From Eledone cirrhosa (lineage: Eukaryota): a DNA stretch of 64,000 bases. The stretch lies in the NCBI GenBank assembly GCA_964016885.1, contig OZ024742.1, positions 57,846,001-57,910,000 on the forward strand, in the 5' to 3' direction. A program made the position numbers and the translations under genes. Under the pieces are notes generated by a model. It ran no database searches, was not told where the DNA came from, and was given only the letters and a program-made list of their open reading frames with translations. Positions 61,701 through 64,000 of this stretch are shown here, piece by piece; position 1 is the first letter of the stretch; every line of letters starts with the position of its first letter.

Positions 61701-63380
61701 TGAATTTTTTTTCTCTCTCTCTCTCTCGTCTGCGACTTCACAGAACTTATGTTTACCGAATTCGCAGACCAGACCCCTTCTTCTTCCCCCCGTTAGACCT
61801 GTGCGAAATTCCTTCCTTGCTCACATTTCAACCAGGTTTGATGGTCTTTATTCTCTAGTTCACGATTTTATCGAGTTTATATTCATAGAAATCTGGGACT
61901 TGTCTCTTTCTTCTCACTTTCTGTTGCTTAAACCATTTTGTTTGTTCACCCTAACGTTCTCTTTATTTACGTGTCCCAACGACTTTTTTAGCCGTTGTTC
62001 GCACCAACCTGAGGTATATGGCCCTTAAAGCGATGAAATGCCTAGGACGGTTGGAGGGTCACTGATGAAGGACTCACTTTTTCATATGTAACCCATTTGC
62101 AACGCTGCAGCTCCATTATTATCATATTTACACATATATTTTTTCCTCTGCTGCCACCCGTCTGTTTCGTTCTTTGTATCTTTACTCTTTCTAGCAGTCT
62201 CTCTCTCTGTTAGCCTCTTCCTCAACTTTCACTCACTCATACCCTGTCACTACCTCTCCTCCTCTCCTCTTTCTTCCCGCTTGACCTGTCCGATTTCTTT
62301 TCTCGCGCGCTCTTGACCAAGCCGGTATGAATTTTTTTCTCTCTCTCTCTCGTCTGCGACTTCACAGAACTTATGTTTACCGAATTCGCAGACCAGACCC
62401 CTTCTTCTTCCCCCCGTTAGACCTGTGCGAAATTCCTTCCTTGCTCACATTTCAACCAGGTTTGATGGTCTTTATTCTCTAGTACACGATTTTATCGAGT
62501 TTATATTCATAGAAATCTGGAACGTGTCTCTTTCTTCTCACTTTCTGTTGCTTAAACCATTTTGTTTGTTCACTCTAACGTTCTCTTTATTTACGTGTCC
62601 CAACGACTTTTTTTAGCCGTTGTTCGCACCAACCCGAGGTATATGGCCCTTAAAGCGATGAAATGCCTAGGACGGTTGGAGGGTCACTGATGAAGGACTC
62701 ACTTTTTCATATGTAACCCATTTGCAACGCCGCAGCTCCATTATTATCATATTTACACATATATTTTTTCCTCTGCTGCCACCCGTCTGTTTCGTTCTTT
62801 GTATCTTTACCCTTTCTAGCAGTCTCTCTCTCTGTTAGCCTCTTCCTCAACTTTCACTCACTCATACCCTGTCACTAGCTCTCCTCCTCTCCTCTTTCTT
62901 CCCGCTTGACCTGTCCGATTTCTTTTCTCGCGCGCTCTTGACCAAGCCGGTATGAATTTTTTTTTTCTCTCTCTCTCTCGTCTGCGACTTCACAGAACTT
63001 ATGTTTACCGAATTCGCAGACCAGACCCCTTCTTCTTCCCCCCGTTAGACCTGTGCGAAATTCCTTCCTTGCTCACATTTCAACCAGGTTTGATGGTCTT
63101 TATTCTCTAGTTCACGATTTTATCGAGTTTATATTCATAGAAATCTGGGACTTGTCTCTTTCTTCTCACTTTCTGTTGCTTAAACCATTTTGTTTGTTCA
63201 CCCTAACGTTCTCTTTATTTACGTGTCCCAACGACTCTTTTTAGCCGTTGTTCGCACCAACCTGAGGTATATGGCCCTTAAAGCGATGAAATGCCAAGGA
63301 CGGTTGGAGGGCCACTGATGAAGGACTCACTTTTTCATATGTAACCCATTTGCAACGCCGCAGCTCCATTATTATCATAT
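58750..63380. repeat. Tandem array of a ~626-bp unit, about 7.4 copies
   Basis: tagaaatctg recurs at 58752, 59381, 60006, 60631, 61258, 61886, 62510 and 63138. Confidence 0.98.
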
Positions 63381-63434
63381 ATATATACATATACATATAT
63401 ATATATATACACATACATATACATATATATATAT

Positions 63435-63666
63435 ATAAAAAAACACAGTCCACGCTGTAATGTGGCCGTGTAGGCAACACGGTAAAAACCTCCCAGACCC
63501 ACACTGTAAATGTGGTTGGTGTTAGGAAGGGCATCCAACTGTAGAAAACCTGCCAGACAGTCCTATGTGAGCAAGACAATCACTCTTGCCTCAAGTGGGA
63601 CTACCCCCGTCCAAACCCATGCAAGCGTGGAACACGGACGTTAAACGTTGATGATGATGATGATGA
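63435..63666 (+). mobile_element. RTE LINE 3' UTR/tail fragment
   Basis: gttaggaagggcatccaactgtagaaaacc...catgcaagcgtggaacacggacgttaaac-(gat)n. Confidence 0.8.
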
Positions 63667-63818
63667 CATACATACATATATATATATATATATACATACA
63701 TATATATATACATACATACATATATACATAATATATATATACATATACATATATATATACATATATACATAATATATATATATATATATATACATATATA
63801 TATACATATATATATTAC

Positions 63819-63850
<32 letters not shown>

Positions 63851-63920
63851 ATACATACATATATACATAATATATATATACATACATATATACATAATAT
63901 ATATATACATATATATATAC

Positions 63921-63971
<51 letters not shown>

Positions 63972-64000
63972 CATATATATATACATATATATACATATAC
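63667..64000. repeat. (TA/TACA)n microsatellite
   Basis: Direct observation. Confidence 0.97.

Overview
This is AT-rich, repeat-dense animal genomic DNA. The SINE/LINE repertoire and huge (TA/CA)n tracts suggest an octopus or other coleoid cephalopod (inference). Two host genes lie on the minus strand. One is an intronless tRNA 2'-phosphotransferase (TRPT1/Tpt1, 4032-5009) with an 18-aa tandem-repeat N-terminal extension. The other is an 8-coding-exon spermidine synthase (SRM, 36012 down to 8031, 288 aa) that I reconstructed exon by exon and that appears to need a GC donor at exon 5. The rest is mostly decayed mobile DNA: many RTE-clade LINEs carrying a PHD-like finger inside the RT, CR1-like and R4/Dong-like fragments, a mariner, a complete hAT-type element with an 8-bp TSD, MITEs, several tRNA-derived SINE families, a ~7.8-kb microsatellite field with duplicated islands, and a ~626-bp x 7.4 tandem array. 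The main signal not in the ORF track is six hand-foldable type I hammerhead ribozyme motifs (31555, 31795, 40456, 40890, 41253, 50719). They sit beside (TA)n tracts and fold-back repeats, as expected for Penelope-like pseudo-LTR remnants, and one lies sense inside an SRM intron.
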